From a virus (Duplodnaviria > Heunggongvirae > Uroviricota > Caudoviricetes): a DNA stretch of 28,177 bases. The first letter of the stretch is position 1. Each line of letters starts with the position of its first letter. Position numbers and translations under genes: made by a program. This document shows, piece after piece, positions 9,020 to 19,407 of the stretch. Where the stretch lies: the IMG/VR virus record IMGVR_UViG_2563366895_000004. One strand, 5' to 3'. The notes under the pieces are model-generated. The model did not search any database, was not told the origin of the DNA, and saw nothing but the letters and a program-made list of their open reading frames with translations.

Positions 9020-9226
9020 CTTCATTTTCACTTTTTTAAATCCAACGACAGACGGCTGGCATTTAAGTATTGTGAAATATTATCAAATGTAATCATCATT
9101 GATTTACAAAAGATACATTTTGCCCCGAAAGGATTCATGTCAGAAACATCAAAAGATGATGTTCTATACTGGGAACCATGACAACACGGGCATCTAAAGT
9201 GAATATGGTTTGTAATATTGTCTACC

Positions 9227-9439
9227 TCAAAGCGCCACTACATGAACAGCGGCAGGACCTTTAGGTCCGTTCTCAATACCAAATTCAACTTCCTGATTCT
9301 CAGTTAATGTTTTGAAATCGTTGCTCTGAATTGCTGAGAAATGGACAAACACATCTTTGCTGCCATCTTTCGGCGTGATGAAACCAAAACCTTTTTCAGG
9401 GTTAAACCATTTCACTAAACCAGTCATTTTGTTAGACAT
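9227..9439 (-). CDS. cspI: Cold shock protein, CspA family
   Basis: 70 aa, '[38 protein letters not shown]...' with RNP1/RNP2-type motifs. Long AT-rich upstream region (9440..9800) typical of csp 5'UTRs. Symbol by Qin context. Confidence 0.8.
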   Translation of the reverse strand: MSNKMTGLVKWFNPEKGFGFITPKDGSKDVFVHFSAIQSNDFKTLTENQEVEFGIENGPKGPAAVHVVAL

Positions 9440-9802
9440 AATTATTACCTTTTGAAGAAATTAGCCCTTGGGCAGAATGGTCCGAAAAAAAATATCAGAG
9501 AGAAAAACCAACAAGGAAATCTCAAGAGGTACAAATAATAAAATTATAACAATGACTGCTTCAGATAAATTTGTAACAAACCAGAACACCATTAACGCAT
9601 GATTAACCACCCATAGCAAGGATTACTTTTGTAAAGAAAAACACAGCAATGAAAGAATAGCTTTATTTATTAATAATAACGTGTCATTCTGATTAAGACC
9701 TTTTATCTTACCCTTAAGATTTCAGGAATTTTGGCTCATGGAAGAGTCCTTTTTATTTAAATTTTACATTCCGCGATGTAAATGTTCCGATTTAATATTA
9801 CC

Positions 9803-10826
<1,024 letters not shown>

Positions 10827-10830
<4 letters not shown>

Positions 10831-11138
10831 AGATATTTATGATGAGGACGCTCGTGCTTATTGGCAGGATTTTCAATCTTAAAGGAGTACTGATGCTGCA
10901 GATAAGACTCAACTTTTTCTGACAATTTTTCTGCTACTTCCAGGAAGACTTGCCGGACGCTCATTCTGGCTGCTGCCTCATAAAACTCCAGCGCAGCTCC
11001 TTCAACACGGTCCATGGCGACATCCAGGCCAAAAATTTCACCGTCAAAGCGTTCTTTGTCCTGTAAGGCTACAGTTACCGTAACTTTATTCTCAAAATTA
11101 CGGACTCCTTTCACAACCAGTTCATAGTCTTGAGTCAT
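10827..11138 (-). CDS. ydfR: Qin-type YdfR protein of unknown function, located between holin and endolysin
   Basis: 103-aa ORF overlapping the endolysin start by 4 nt. Length and position match recalled K-12 ydfR. Confidence 0.6.
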
Positions 11139-11142
11139 TGGA

Positions 11143-11358
11143 TTACTCTCCTCTCGCAGTCTTACGCCTGTCTTCTTTAATCTTGAAATAAAGATTTGTC
11201 AGATACGTCAGCATGCCAAATACCAGACTACCCAATACACCTATTGCCGCCCACTGTGAGGGCGTGACTTTATCGAGCAACTGTAAAAACCAGTAGCCAG
11301 CACTGCCTGCAGAGGTGCTGTAGGCGATGCCCGTTGTTAACTTATCCATGGATTTCAT
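11143..11358 (-). CDS. essQ: Class II holin (S21-like pinholin) with dual-start motif
   Basis: 71 aa '[26 protein letters not shown]...[30 protein letters not shown]'; two TM segments; Met1/Met4 dual start. Near-identical in pattern to recalled phage 21 S. Confidence 0.85.
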   Translation of the reverse strand: MKSMDKLTTGIAYSTSAGSAGYWFLQLLDKVTPSQWAAIGVLGSLVFGMLTYLTNLYFKIKEDRRKTARGE

Positions 11359-11548
11359 AGCCTCACCTCCGCAGATAACGGATGGTGTACACGGTTTGGT
11401 TCGAAGAAGGAAAGAAGTTACATTAGCGTAAGGCCCGAACATCTATTCAAAAAGAAAAACGCCAGCAATTATTCTGGCGTAGCTAAAAATATCGTATAAT
11501 CTTACACTTCAAAAAATAACTTTATAAAATGCCATCACATCATATCTT

Positions 11549-12271
11549 CTAAGAAAATCTTGATAAATATTGGTGCGGAGGCACACCAAAATATCCTCTA
11601 AAAACACTTACAAAATATGATGCATTGTCATACCCGCATATTCCCGCCACCTTGCCGACAGTATGGTTACTGTAGATCAATAATCTTTGCGCCATCATCA
11701 TTCGTTCTTCAAGAATTAATTTACTAAACGATAATCCTTCGTCTTTTAATTTTCTTTTTAACAAACTCTCGCTCATATATAATCTTGAAGATATATCACA
11801 AAGTCTCCATGACGCTGAGATATCCGAGTGAATAATAGCCTTAACTTTACAACCTAAGCTATTAAGACTTCCGAACAAAAAACTTTGCACTATTTTCTCT
11901 GAAGATAAGACAGCAAGACATGCAAGTGATATTTGATTTCTAACTACATCCACGGTTTTGCTATCACAATTCAAGCATGCAACCAAGTTCTTTAACAATG
12001 AAAAATCTTCACATTCTACTATCAAGTATGACGTATAAAACCTTCTTACAGAAAAAGGTGAGAGTGTGTAGTTTTTAAAGAAATCATTAACTGTTTTCTC
12101 CTCAACATCTACGATCATTAGATGATCTGTATTTGACGAAAAAAGATCTTTTAAATTGTATTCAATGAGGACAGCATTTCCTTTTTTAAACAAAATATCT
12201 TCTTTACCAATTCGGACACCAAACGAGTTCAACACCAAAATGATAGAACATATGTATGACATATTATCCAC
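11549..12271 (-). CDS. AraC/XylS-family transcriptional regulator (AppY/GadX/Rns-like), AT-rich moron
   Basis: 240 aa; C-terminal double HTH 'SESLLKRKLKDEGLSFSKLILEERMMMAQRLL...GYDNASYFVSVFRGYFGVPPHQY'. Low-GC codon usage; about 400-bp AT-rich upstream region. Confidence 0.75.
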   Translation of the reverse strand: MDNMSYICSIILVLNSFGVRIGKEDILFKKGNAVLIEYNLKDLFSSNTDHLMIVDVEEKTVNDFFKNYTLSPFSVRRFYTSYLIVECEDFSLLKNLVACLNCDSKTVDVVRNQISLACLAVLSSEKIVQSFLFGSLNSLGCKVKAIIHSDISASWRLCDISSRLYMSESLLKRKLKDEGLSFSKLILEERMMMAQRLLIYSNHTVGKVAGICGYDNASYFVSVFRGYFGVPPHQYLSRFS

Positions 12272-12668
12272 CTGATATCATTGGGGTTACACCAGGTAAG
12301 TATAGGTGGAAAATCAATATTCGCCAGTTCAACAATAAGGAAAATCTCATTGCATCACAACTATAAAACCATGTGTTTAACTCACAAAAAACAAATCATT
12401 AAACTAATCTGTTATATTATAATAGCTGCGTGCAATAATAATATTATATGCTCTTTATATTCACTTGAAATATCTTCATATAAAAACAGATTGAATAAAA
12501 TCTTTTGGGGCTGGTATGTTTACCAACATTAAATTGCATCTCAATGTTTTCTTTAGCGTGAACAGGATTTTTATAAAAACTGACACTATGAGCATCATAG
12601 CGTAGTTTTTACGATTGTAAATATCCTGCATACAGGAACTCATCACTTTCAGATGATATCGCATACAG

Positions 12669-13628
12669 TTAATTCACCATCAGTCTTAGAGCCAGTTCTT
12701 CCGGATAGGGATCGAAGTAATTCTGTGTAAGCAAGTAATCATTAGGATACTCACCCAGATAATGCTTCAGCAGAGTCAACGGCGCAAGAAGAGGCAATGT
12801 GCCAAAGCGATAGTTAAGTATAACCTCGCTCAACTCTTTACGCTGGCGTGTACTTAAGTAATTACTAAAATACCCCTGTATATGCATCAGCACATTCGTG
12901 TGATTTTTACGTGATGCTGGTTTTCTGAGAATCGCCATCAGATTATCACGATACACCTCAAAGTATGATTCAAGGTCCGCCCACTCGTGTATTGCAGCCA
13001 CAAATGGTCCCATATCTTTATAGCCTGCCTGGCTATGCGCCAACAACTGAAGCTTATAACGACTATGAAAAGCTAATAACTCTCTTCTTGATAATTTCTC
13101 CTTGTAAAGGTGATTGAGCTCATGCAAAGCAAAAACTCTTTCAATAAAATTCTCACGAAGCACTGGATCATGTAATCGCCCATCCTCTTCAACCGGTAGC
13201 CAGGAAAACTTTTCCATCAAAGTGCTCGTAAATAGTCCCACTCCATCTTTACGACCTCGATTACCATTTTCATCATAGACACGCACGCGCTCCATGCCAC
13301 AGCTGGGAGATTTAGCACAAACCACAAACCCCGATACATCCTTTAATTTGTCCATATAAGAACGACTAAACTCTGTCATTCTCTCTGTCACATCCTCATT
13401 CTGGTCATGGCTGAAACACATCCGTATATTTCCTTGCTTCGAGCGCACAAGTCGTAGAGCAGGACGCGGAACTGGCAGCCCTATAGCCATTTCCGGACAT
13501 ACTGGTCTGAATGTTACCCATTCCACTAATTTGTCCATTAAAAAGTCATCTCTTTTGTGACCACCATCAAAACGAACAGCAGAACCGCCCAAACAACCGC
13601 TGATCCCAATCACAGGTTTTTTTATCAT
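12669..13628 (-). CDS. DUF523 (TudS-like) / DUF1722 (YbgA-like) fusion protein
   Basis: 319 aa; N-terminal 'GISGCLGGSAVRFDGGHK' and further Cys residues typical of the DUF523 Fe-S family; C-terminal half resembles YbgA. Family assignment from memory. Confidence 0.55.
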   Translation of the reverse strand: MIKKPVIGISGCLGGSAVRFDGGHKRDDFLMDKLVEWVTFRPVCPEMAIGLPVPRPALRLVRSKQGNIRMCFSHDQNEDVTERMTEFSRSYMDKLKDVSGFVVCAKSPSCGMERVRVYDENGNRGRKDGVGLFTSTLMEKFSWLPVEEDGRLHDPVLRENFIERVFALHELNHLYKEKLSRRELLAFHSRYKLQLLAHSQAGYKDMGPFVAAIHEWADLESYFEVYRDNLMAILRKPASRKNHTNVLMHIQGYFSNYLSTRQRKELSEVILNYRFGTLPLLAPLTLLKHYLGEYPNDYLLTQNYFDPYPEELALRLMVN

Positions 13629-13820
13629 TTCCTCCCCCTTGACTAATTCATTAACACATAAACTTTGTAGTGCACGGACTAAATTGCCTTTCTGGCTTCA
13701 TCACTGACAATTTTTCTGTTATTGACTATTCCTAATATAGTAGGAAAGTTCTTTAAGTGATCGGTCGTACTCATCTATCTTTCATACTTACTCTCAACTA
13801 TCAAAAGTACAGGATTTATT

Positions 13821-14345
13821 ATGAAGTTATGGCCTGTGTTGACTGGCATTGCACTCTCTTTCACTCTTATAGCATGTAAGGCCCCGACACAACCTAAAGG
13901 TGTGCAGCCGATTACAAATTTTGACGCCAACCGCTACCTCGGAAAATGGTATGAAATAGCTCGCCTCGAGAACTGGTTCGAACGTGGTCTGGAACAGGTC
14001 AGCGCTACTTATGAAAAACGGAACGACGGAGGGATTCGCGTACTTAACCGTGGATACGATCCAACGAAAAACAAATGGAGCGAGAGCGAAGGTAAAGCAT
14101 ACTTTACTGGAGATACTAAAACTGCAGCGTTGAAAGTTTCGTTTTTTGGCCCCTTCTATGGTGGCTATAATGTAATCAAACTGGATGATGAGTATAAGTA
14201 TGCTCTTGTCAGTGGTCCGAACAGAGAATACCTATGGATTCTGGCAAGGACCCAAACTATTCCAGATAATGTAAAAGCAGACTATGTGCGTACCGCTCAA
14301 AAGTTGGGATTCAATGTCAATGAACTATTATGGGTTAAACAATAA
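13821..14345 (+). CDS. Bacterial lipocalin (Blc-like) outer-membrane lipoprotein
   Basis: 174 aa; signal peptide with lipobox 'LIAC'; lipocalin motif 'NFDANRYLGKWYEIARLENWFERG'; 'ALKVSFFGPFYGGYNVI' closely resembles recalled E. coli Blc. RBS 'aggat' upstream. Confidence 0.85.
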   Translation: MKLWPVLTGIALSFTLIACKAPTQPKGVQPITNFDANRYLGKWYEIARLENWFERGLEQVSATYEKRNDGGIRVLNRGYDPTKNKWSESEGKAYFTGDTKTAALKVSFFGPFYGGYNVIKLDDEYKYALVSGPNREYLWILARTQTIPDNVKADYVRTAQKLGFNVNELLWVKQ

Positions 14346-14373
14346 AATCCCCACCCGAAATGATACTTATTAG

Positions 14374-14400
14374 AAAAAAACCAGCCTTTGGGGAGGCTGG
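14374..14400 (-). terminator. Candidate tR'-like intrinsic terminator of the short late leader transcript
   Basis: Stem 'ccagcct'/'aggctgg' (14381..14400) followed on the minus strand by a U-run. Lies about 50 nt downstream of the candidate promoter. Confidence 0.5.
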
Positions 14401-14452
14401 CTAAATCAGGAAATAAGCTGTTATATGATAATAACTACGTTGCGATTCCAAC

Positions 14453-14488
14453 ATTTAAAATGTTAGACTAATGAAAATCAGACAGCAA
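14453..14488 (-). promoter_or_regulatory. Candidate late promoter pR' (with qut region)
   Basis: Minus-strand 'TTGCTG'-17 bp-'TAACAT' immediately after the Q stop codon; expected position of pR' in lambdoid phages. Confidence 0.4.
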
Positions 14489-14500
14489 CTTTTCCTTTAA

Positions 14501-14878
14501 TTATTTCGAACAATCAGCATCCATCTCCAATCGGAGATCCAACACCATCAGCATGCCCTCCACTACGCCCTCAGCTTTCTGGAGCATCCTGCCAACCCAA
14601 CAATCAGATCGCCCATGCTTACGTGCAAGCGCCATAAAAGTCATGCCGCCGACATAATAGTCCACCAATAAATCATGTAAATCGCTGTTGTTTTTTTTCA
14701 GGCGAGCCATACATTCACAAATGATCATCGCGTCATCGTCACAGCATTGCGGACGAGATCTTACTTTTGAAGGAATTAATCCCTTAAAACCGGCGGCAAT
14801 GGACGACCAGGTCACATCTTCATGATTATTAGCCGCCCATGCCCCCCAACGCTCAAGAACCATCTGAATATCACGCAT
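14501..14878 (-). CDS. Late antitermination protein Q (short QuuD/phage-82-type)
   Basis: '[35 protein letters not shown]...[20 protein letters not shown]...' closely matches recalled QuuD of DLP12. ORF track start 14893; the internal Met at 14878 is the likely start. Confidence 0.8.
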   Translation of the reverse strand: MRDIQMVLERWGAWAANNHEDVTWSSIAAGFKGLIPSKVRSRPQCCDDDAMIICECMARLKKNNSDLHDLLVDYYVGGMTFMALARKHGRSDCWVGRMLQKAEGVVEGMLMVLDLRLEMDADCSK

Positions 14879-14895
14879 CAACTTACTCCACAAAA

Positions 14896-15945
14896 TTAGG
14901 CCAGCACACCAATTGCCAGCGCGCGATCGATAAATCGAAAAATCAGCTCCAGTTGGGAGCCATACTTCTCTTCAAATGCCACGGTATCCGTATGCAACTC
15001 GTCGTGATGCTTTCTGCACAAAGGCAAAACAAAGAGATCATGTGCTTTGGTTCCCATTCCGCCCTGCCCGTGACCAATCAGATGATGCGGATCGTCGGCT
15101 GGCATACCGCAGCAAGCACACGGCTGTGTCTTAACCCAGCGTGTGTATTTCTCCTTAACCCACCGGTGACGTTTAGGCAGCTTCATGAAAGATTCCGGAG
15201 ACTCTGGATCAACGGTGATGCTTACCACCGTCTTTTCCTGTGATGGGTTTTGTTGCTGGTGGGCGTGAGGCAACGGTGCAAGATTTTTTGTGCGCTGTTT
15301 CAATATGCTGGTGGCGGTCTGCTCTCCCGGTACGATGTCGCTTTCGCGGTACACCGAGCAGATTTTTTCCGCTGGTAATCCCAGCGAGCGACGTAATACC
15401 GCTTCCGGTAGCGCGTCCGCCAGCTGATTGCGGACCGCCCACCAGGATAATTCAGCCAGAGATAATTCACGCTCCTGCGTACCGCTTATTGCGTGACCGA
15501 TGACGTCAATCATCCATGCTGACAGGTTTTGATGAGCAAGTTGCTCGAGTGATTCGGATGTCTGGTCACGCAGCTGGTTGTCGCAGTGCCAGCACAACAC
15601 CATTGCGCCGGTACCATATCGGTGAATAACGGTTTCGCTGTGATGATAATCGCCGTGTGGCCACTGGCAGGATTTAATATGGCGCAACAGCCAGTCAGAC
15701 AATGCACCAGCACCACCAGCAGCACGAATTACCCGTGCGTTACTGAAAAACGGCAGCAATGTTTTGTCTTCCACCAGCGGCTGGCGAACGGCAGGAACGA
15801 CCCCGGACGGCAGATTACGCATGCTTTTCGGTTCCGGCTCCACCAGTACCCGGGTATTGTGGAATACCGGCATGGATTCACGGCCCGGCTTAACGACCAC
15901 CAGCCCAAGTTCCGGTACCAGAACAGGTCGAAGTAATACCCGCAC
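14896..15945 (-). CDS. ydfU: YdfU-like phage protein with C-terminal Cys/His (HNH-like) motif; GTG start
   Basis: 349-aa ORF; C-terminal '[21 protein letters not shown]...CRKHHDELH'. Length matches recalled K-12 YdfU. Confidence 0.6.
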   Translation of the reverse strand: MRVLLRPVLVPELGLVVVKPGRESMPVFHNTRVLVEPEPKSMRNLPSGVVPAVRQPLVEDKTLLPFFSNARVIRAAGGAGALSDWLLRHIKSCQWPHGDYHHSETVIHRYGTGAMVLCWHCDNQLRDQTSESLEQLAHQNLSAWMIDVIGHAISGTQERELSLAELSWWAVRNQLADALPEAVLRRSLGLPAEKICSVYRESDIVPGEQTATSILKQRTKNLAPLPHAHQQQNPSQEKTVVSITVDPESPESFMKLPKRHRWVKEKYTRWVKTQPCACCGMPADDPHHLIGHGQGGMGTKAHDLFVLPLCRKHHDELHTDTVAFEEKYGSQLELIFRFIDRALAIGVLA

Positions 15946-15946
15946 G

Positions 15947-16225
15947 TTACCTCCAGATGCGTTGCTGGAATGTACGGGACGGACGCGGTGGGCGTTCGGA
16001 GTAAGGCAATCTGACTGAGATTATCCAGTGACGGTAGTCGAGACTAAGGGCTTTCTTAACCTCGTATCCGCGCCTGCGGTAACACTGAATTATCCATTCA
16101 GCCTGCTCTTCAGTGCATGGAGGGTGTTGGAACCATTCAGACTTGAATGCGTGAGAATACCGCTCGTGCGTGCAGACAAGAACGGGCGAATTATCAGAAT
16201 TGTAATATTTTACGTTGCGTGCCAT
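15947..16225 (-). CDS. Hypothetical protein, stop one nucleotide before the ydfU GTG start (coupled)
   Basis: 92-aa ORF; 'taa-c-gtg' junction with ydfU. Confidence 0.4.
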   Translation of the reverse strand: MARNVKYYNSDNSPVLVCTHERYSHAFKSEWFQHPPCTEEQAEWIIQCYRRRGYEVKKALSLDYRHWIISVRLPYSERPPRPSRTFQQRIWR

Positions 16226-16291
16226 CGGTTTTCTCCGGTGGCACGGTGTTACTCAGCGGGAGTTCAGCCCCGCGCAAGATTGTAGATGAGT

Positions 16292-16543
16292 TTATTCTTC
16301 TGCAAAAGCTGAAAAGCCTGCTTTTATTCCGATCTCTTTCAGTGCCTGTAATGAAGTGACAAACTCACCTTCGCGCAAGATAAATCCGTCTGTCACTCGA
16401 CCATCCACAAAATTAATTAACGCAGCCCCATTCTTTCGCAAACACATAATGCGGTAATGACTAACAAGATTTCCATTTTCAACGCACACAGCATAGAGGC
16501 CATCTTCACAAAAAATTTTACGCAGTTCTTCGATGTTCATCAT
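16292..16543 (-). CDS. rem: Rem protein (Qin prophage)
   Basis: 83 aa 'MMNIEELRKIFCEDGLYAVCVENG...'; position next to hokD as in K-12 (memory). Confidence 0.65.
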   Translation of the reverse strand: MMNIEELRKIFCEDGLYAVCVENGNLVSHYRIMCLRKNGAALINFVDGRVTDGFILREGEFVTSLQALKEIGIKAGFSAFAEE

Positions 16544-16660
16544 CAGAATCCTTCCGGATAATTAGCTCTCCCCTTTAAGGGACCATCCCTCTTATCCCTG
16601 CGCGCTACTTAAGTATTTTTGATTCTATTCCGGCACCGTCCAGAACTTCAAACGCGTTGA

Positions 16661-16689
16661 AAATAAAAACAAAAACCCGCCGAAGCGGG
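16661..16689 (-). terminator. Rho-independent terminator downstream of hokD
   Basis: Minus-strand hairpin 'cccgc ttcg gcggg' followed by 'tttttgttttt'. Confidence 0.6.
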
Positions 16690-16759
16690 TTAAGTGCGGG
16701 TGCGTTGAGGATGCCTGCCACATCAGAGGTGGCGAGGGATTTCTCCCTCGCCGGGTCTC

Positions 16760-16915
16760 TTACTCCTCAGGTTCGTAAGCTGTGAAGACAGCGACCTCCG
16801 TCTGGCCGGTTCGGATTCGTACCTCGCAGAGGTCTTTCCTCGTTACCAGTGCCGTCACTATGACGGTTAAACAGATGACGATCAGGGCGATTAACATCGC
16901 CTTTTGCTGCTTCAT
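16760..16915 (-). CDS. hokD: Hok-family type I toxin (HokD/RelF)
   Basis: 51 aa 'MKQQKAMLIALIVICLTVIVTALVTRKDLCEVRIRTGQTEVAVFTAYEPEE' matches recalled RelF/HokD. The ORF track extends it to 16972 (in-frame leader). Confidence 0.85.
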   Translation of the reverse strand: MKQQKAMLIALIVICLTVIVTALVTRKDLCEVRIRTGQTEVAVFTAYEPEE

Positions 16916-17565
16916 AGCCTGCTTCTCCTTGCCTTCCGGCACGTAAGAGGCTAACCTACATGTGTCTAGCATGAAATTGGCCTCAGATTAATGTTAAGCG
17001 TCTTGCAGGACGCGTAATGTTAACTGGGGCTTTTCTCTATCTGCCTTTGGTGTTCATGCCCGAGGCAGATAGCCTCAAGCACCCGCAGCCATTCTACTTA
17101 ACTACCTTTACCTCGCCAATATGAAATCAGTCAGAAAGGCGATCCATAAGAACAATAGCAAGACAATAAATCGCCATTACAGCCGTAATAGCCAGCGCAC
17201 ATTTGAGAACCAGCACCACAACCTCCTGTATTGGACGTACACCAGTCCTGATAAATATGAGGCTGTCTCGTCCGTGATTCAATACAACTATTGGGTATGG
17301 TTTCTCTGATTTTTCTGTGGAAATGGAGCTCAACCACTAGTCACCACCAGCACTTCTTTTAATACGCAAAGTCCGACGCAAGCCAACAGGTTCAATTTCA
17401 TATATATGAATTTTAAGCAGTATTCACCTACACGATTATTAGCAATTTCCTGAATATATGATGGAGTGTCTTGACGATTTTAGACCAGAAACGCCCTCCA
17501 CGTATTTCTGAGCGTACGCAACATATGTTATGGCAAATGCGAGCATATGGTAGAGTCAAATAAGT

Positions 17566-17596
17566 AAGAGCCACCCGCAGGTGGCTCTTACTTTTA
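17566..17596. terminator. Hairpin (possible bidirectional terminator) overlapping the stop codon of the 591-aa gene
   Basis: Perfect 9-bp stem 'aagagccac'/'gtggctctt' with loop 'ccgcag'; T/A-rich flanks on both sides. Confidence 0.5.
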
Positions 17597-19369
17597 CTCT
17601 TGCAATTCGATGATCTGCTCTTTACCTAGTAGATGATTAATAATATTTAATACTTTTTCTCTGTTCTGGAAGAATCTTGCTATATAACTATTGGGGAAGA
17701 CTTCCTGTATGTGATTATAAGTATCAGAAGCCAGCTCTATACATTCCTCCAGTGAAACGTTTCGGCTATAAGAGAAGATGTGATTCTCCACAGAGGAAAC
17801 TTCTATTTTATTCATGAGTATGGATATTAAAACATAATTTCCATGAATCATTATTTGATGAATCTGCTTCTGATTTTCCATATCTACTGATAGTAGTTTA
17901 ACTATACTTTCTTGCAATATATCATTTGCTAATCTATAAGCATTTACTTTATTTATTATATCTAAACCGGTAGGACCATTTTCAGCTGGGAATACTTTTT
18001 CATAAAGACCTCCCCAGCTTTCAAAAAAACGTCCTCTATTTAGTTTTAAGGAAGATATCAATGTTTCATCTTTAGAGGCACACACTAATGCGTTTAAAGC
18101 ATCATCAATATCAATGGTATTACCACCTGTCTGGCTGGAGTCTTCTTGCCTGAGTAGTTTGTAGCTATATCCGCCAATAAAGTTTATTTCTCTTTGTATT
18201 CTTTGTTGCTCGGGCCTCTGTGATGAGAAATCTCTTCCAGTAACCCTGTTTTGTGTATTGTTGAATTTAGTGACAGAGGTTAAAAAATCTTCTTTTGCTG
18301 CACTGATAAATCTAATGCTCACCTTGATTAGATCTTTTTTTTCTTCGGGTAAAGAGTTGAACACTTCACCAATAGTGCTTACAGTTTGAGCTCCATTTAT
18401 TATACTCAGACTTTTAAAACTAAATAGCCCGTACTTCCTGCTTGTACTTAAGTTGATCATGCTTTCTTCTACATCACTATATACAGCAGTTATCCCATTG
18501 TTATAGTACCAAAAATTCTCCGGCTTTTCACTTAATGTTTTCTTTATCCCAGAGTTTATGGATGAATTACCGAGGACACTTCTTATATTTTTCTCGAACA
18601 GAGAGTACTTGTACTTTTCCCACCAGTCGTATAGGATCCTTGCGGATATTGTTCCGTATATTGCTTTATAAGGTTCTGCTATCTCTCCATAACTTTCAAG
18701 GTGAACATTGCTAACATTTATAGATTTTGATCGATCATTAGAAAGACCATCCATTATCACTTGTATACCTGCCGGCTCGAATAGCACTGAATACTCATCT
18801 CTATTCTCTATATCTTTAAATAATAGAGACCGATTCTGAACCTTTTCCCAAAACTCTATGTCTGATTTTACTTCTTCGCTTGGCTCATGAACCCCTGTAT
18901 ATATAAATACACATATACATTTATATGTAAATCCTGAGATTGCTTCAATTATGGAGTCTTTGTTTCTTAAAAACCTTTCGTTAAATGTTGTAAAGTCGCT
19001 GGCTATTACTTTTGCGCATGCGTCTTTGAATCTTCCGAATTCTCTTGTGGTTATAGAACCGTCGCCATTTTTAATATATTTTGACTGAACTATTACTATC
19101 TTTCTCGAATTTTTATTAACATAAACTGCATCTATCCCGCCATCATCTTTTCCATCGCAGACAGCATTAGCAGCTAACTCAGGGTCTGGTTCATCACCAT
19201 ACAAGCTGATTGCATGCGCAGCTACACAGCGTGTAATTAGAGTTTCTTTCCTATGCTCTCCTACGGAATTAATATCTTTCATATCAATAAAAGTTCCGTA
19301 TATAGACTCTAATTGATTAGTTATGCGTACTAAACCTGCTGTTTGCGTGGCTTTGTCGTACTGGGACAT
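17594..19369 (-). CDS. Putative abortive-infection / phage-defence protein (AIPR-like; N-terminal PD-(D/E)xK-like motif)
   Basis: 591-aa AT-rich ORF with own promoter and terminator. 'DGGIDAVYVNKNSRKIVIVQSKY' fits a D...(E/Q)xK nuclease motif; 'NNGIT' and 'INGAQT' motifs. Family assignment is from memory and needs an HMM search. Confidence 0.5.
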   Translation of the reverse strand: MSQYDKATQTAGLVRITNQLESIYGTFIDMKDINSVGEHRKETLITRCVAAHAISLYGDEPDPELAANAVCDGKDDGGIDAVYVNKNSRKIVIVQSKYIKNGDGSITTREFGRFKDACAKVIASDFTTFNERFLRNKDSIIEAISGFTYKCICVFIYTGVHEPSEEVKSDIEFWEKVQNRSLLFKDIENRDEYSVLFEPAGIQVIMDGLSNDRSKSINVSNVHLESYGEIAEPYKAIYGTISARILYDWWEKYKYSLFEKNIRSVLGNSSINSGIKKTLSEKPENFWYYNNGITAVYSDVEESMINLSTSRKYGLFSFKSLSIINGAQTVSTIGEVFNSLPEEKKDLIKVSIRFISAAKEDFLTSVTKFNNTQNRVTGRDFSSQRPEQQRIQREINFIGGYSYKLLRQEDSSQTGGNTIDIDDALNALVCASKDETLISSLKLNRGRFFESWGGLYEKVFPAENGPTGLDIINKVNAYRLANDILQESIVKLLSVDMENQKQIHQIMIHGNYVLISILMNKIEVSSVENHIFSYSRNVSLEECIELASDTYNHIQEVFPNSYIARFFQNREKVLNIINHLLGKEQIIELQE

Positions 19370-19407
19370 CCTTTGCGCTCCTGAACATGTAACAAAATAT
19401 GATTCGC

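Noticed and set aside
15209-16359. ORFs 15209..15442, 15240..15503, 15510..15725, 15586..15936, 15764..16018, 16028..16285, 16147..16359
   Set aside because: They overlap ydfU and the 92-aa ORF in other frames or strands; no motif support.
17121-17337. Three mutually overlapping 62-68-aa ORFs on both strands
   Set aside because: They cannot all be real and none has a recognisable RBS or motif. One has a hydrophobic C-terminus, but support is insufficient. The region is treated as part of the unexplained hokD-upstream DNA.
16916-17593. Searched for relB/relE coding sequence upstream of hokD
   Set aside because: No frame on the minus strand yields RelE-like or RelB-like sequence; relBE is judged absent.
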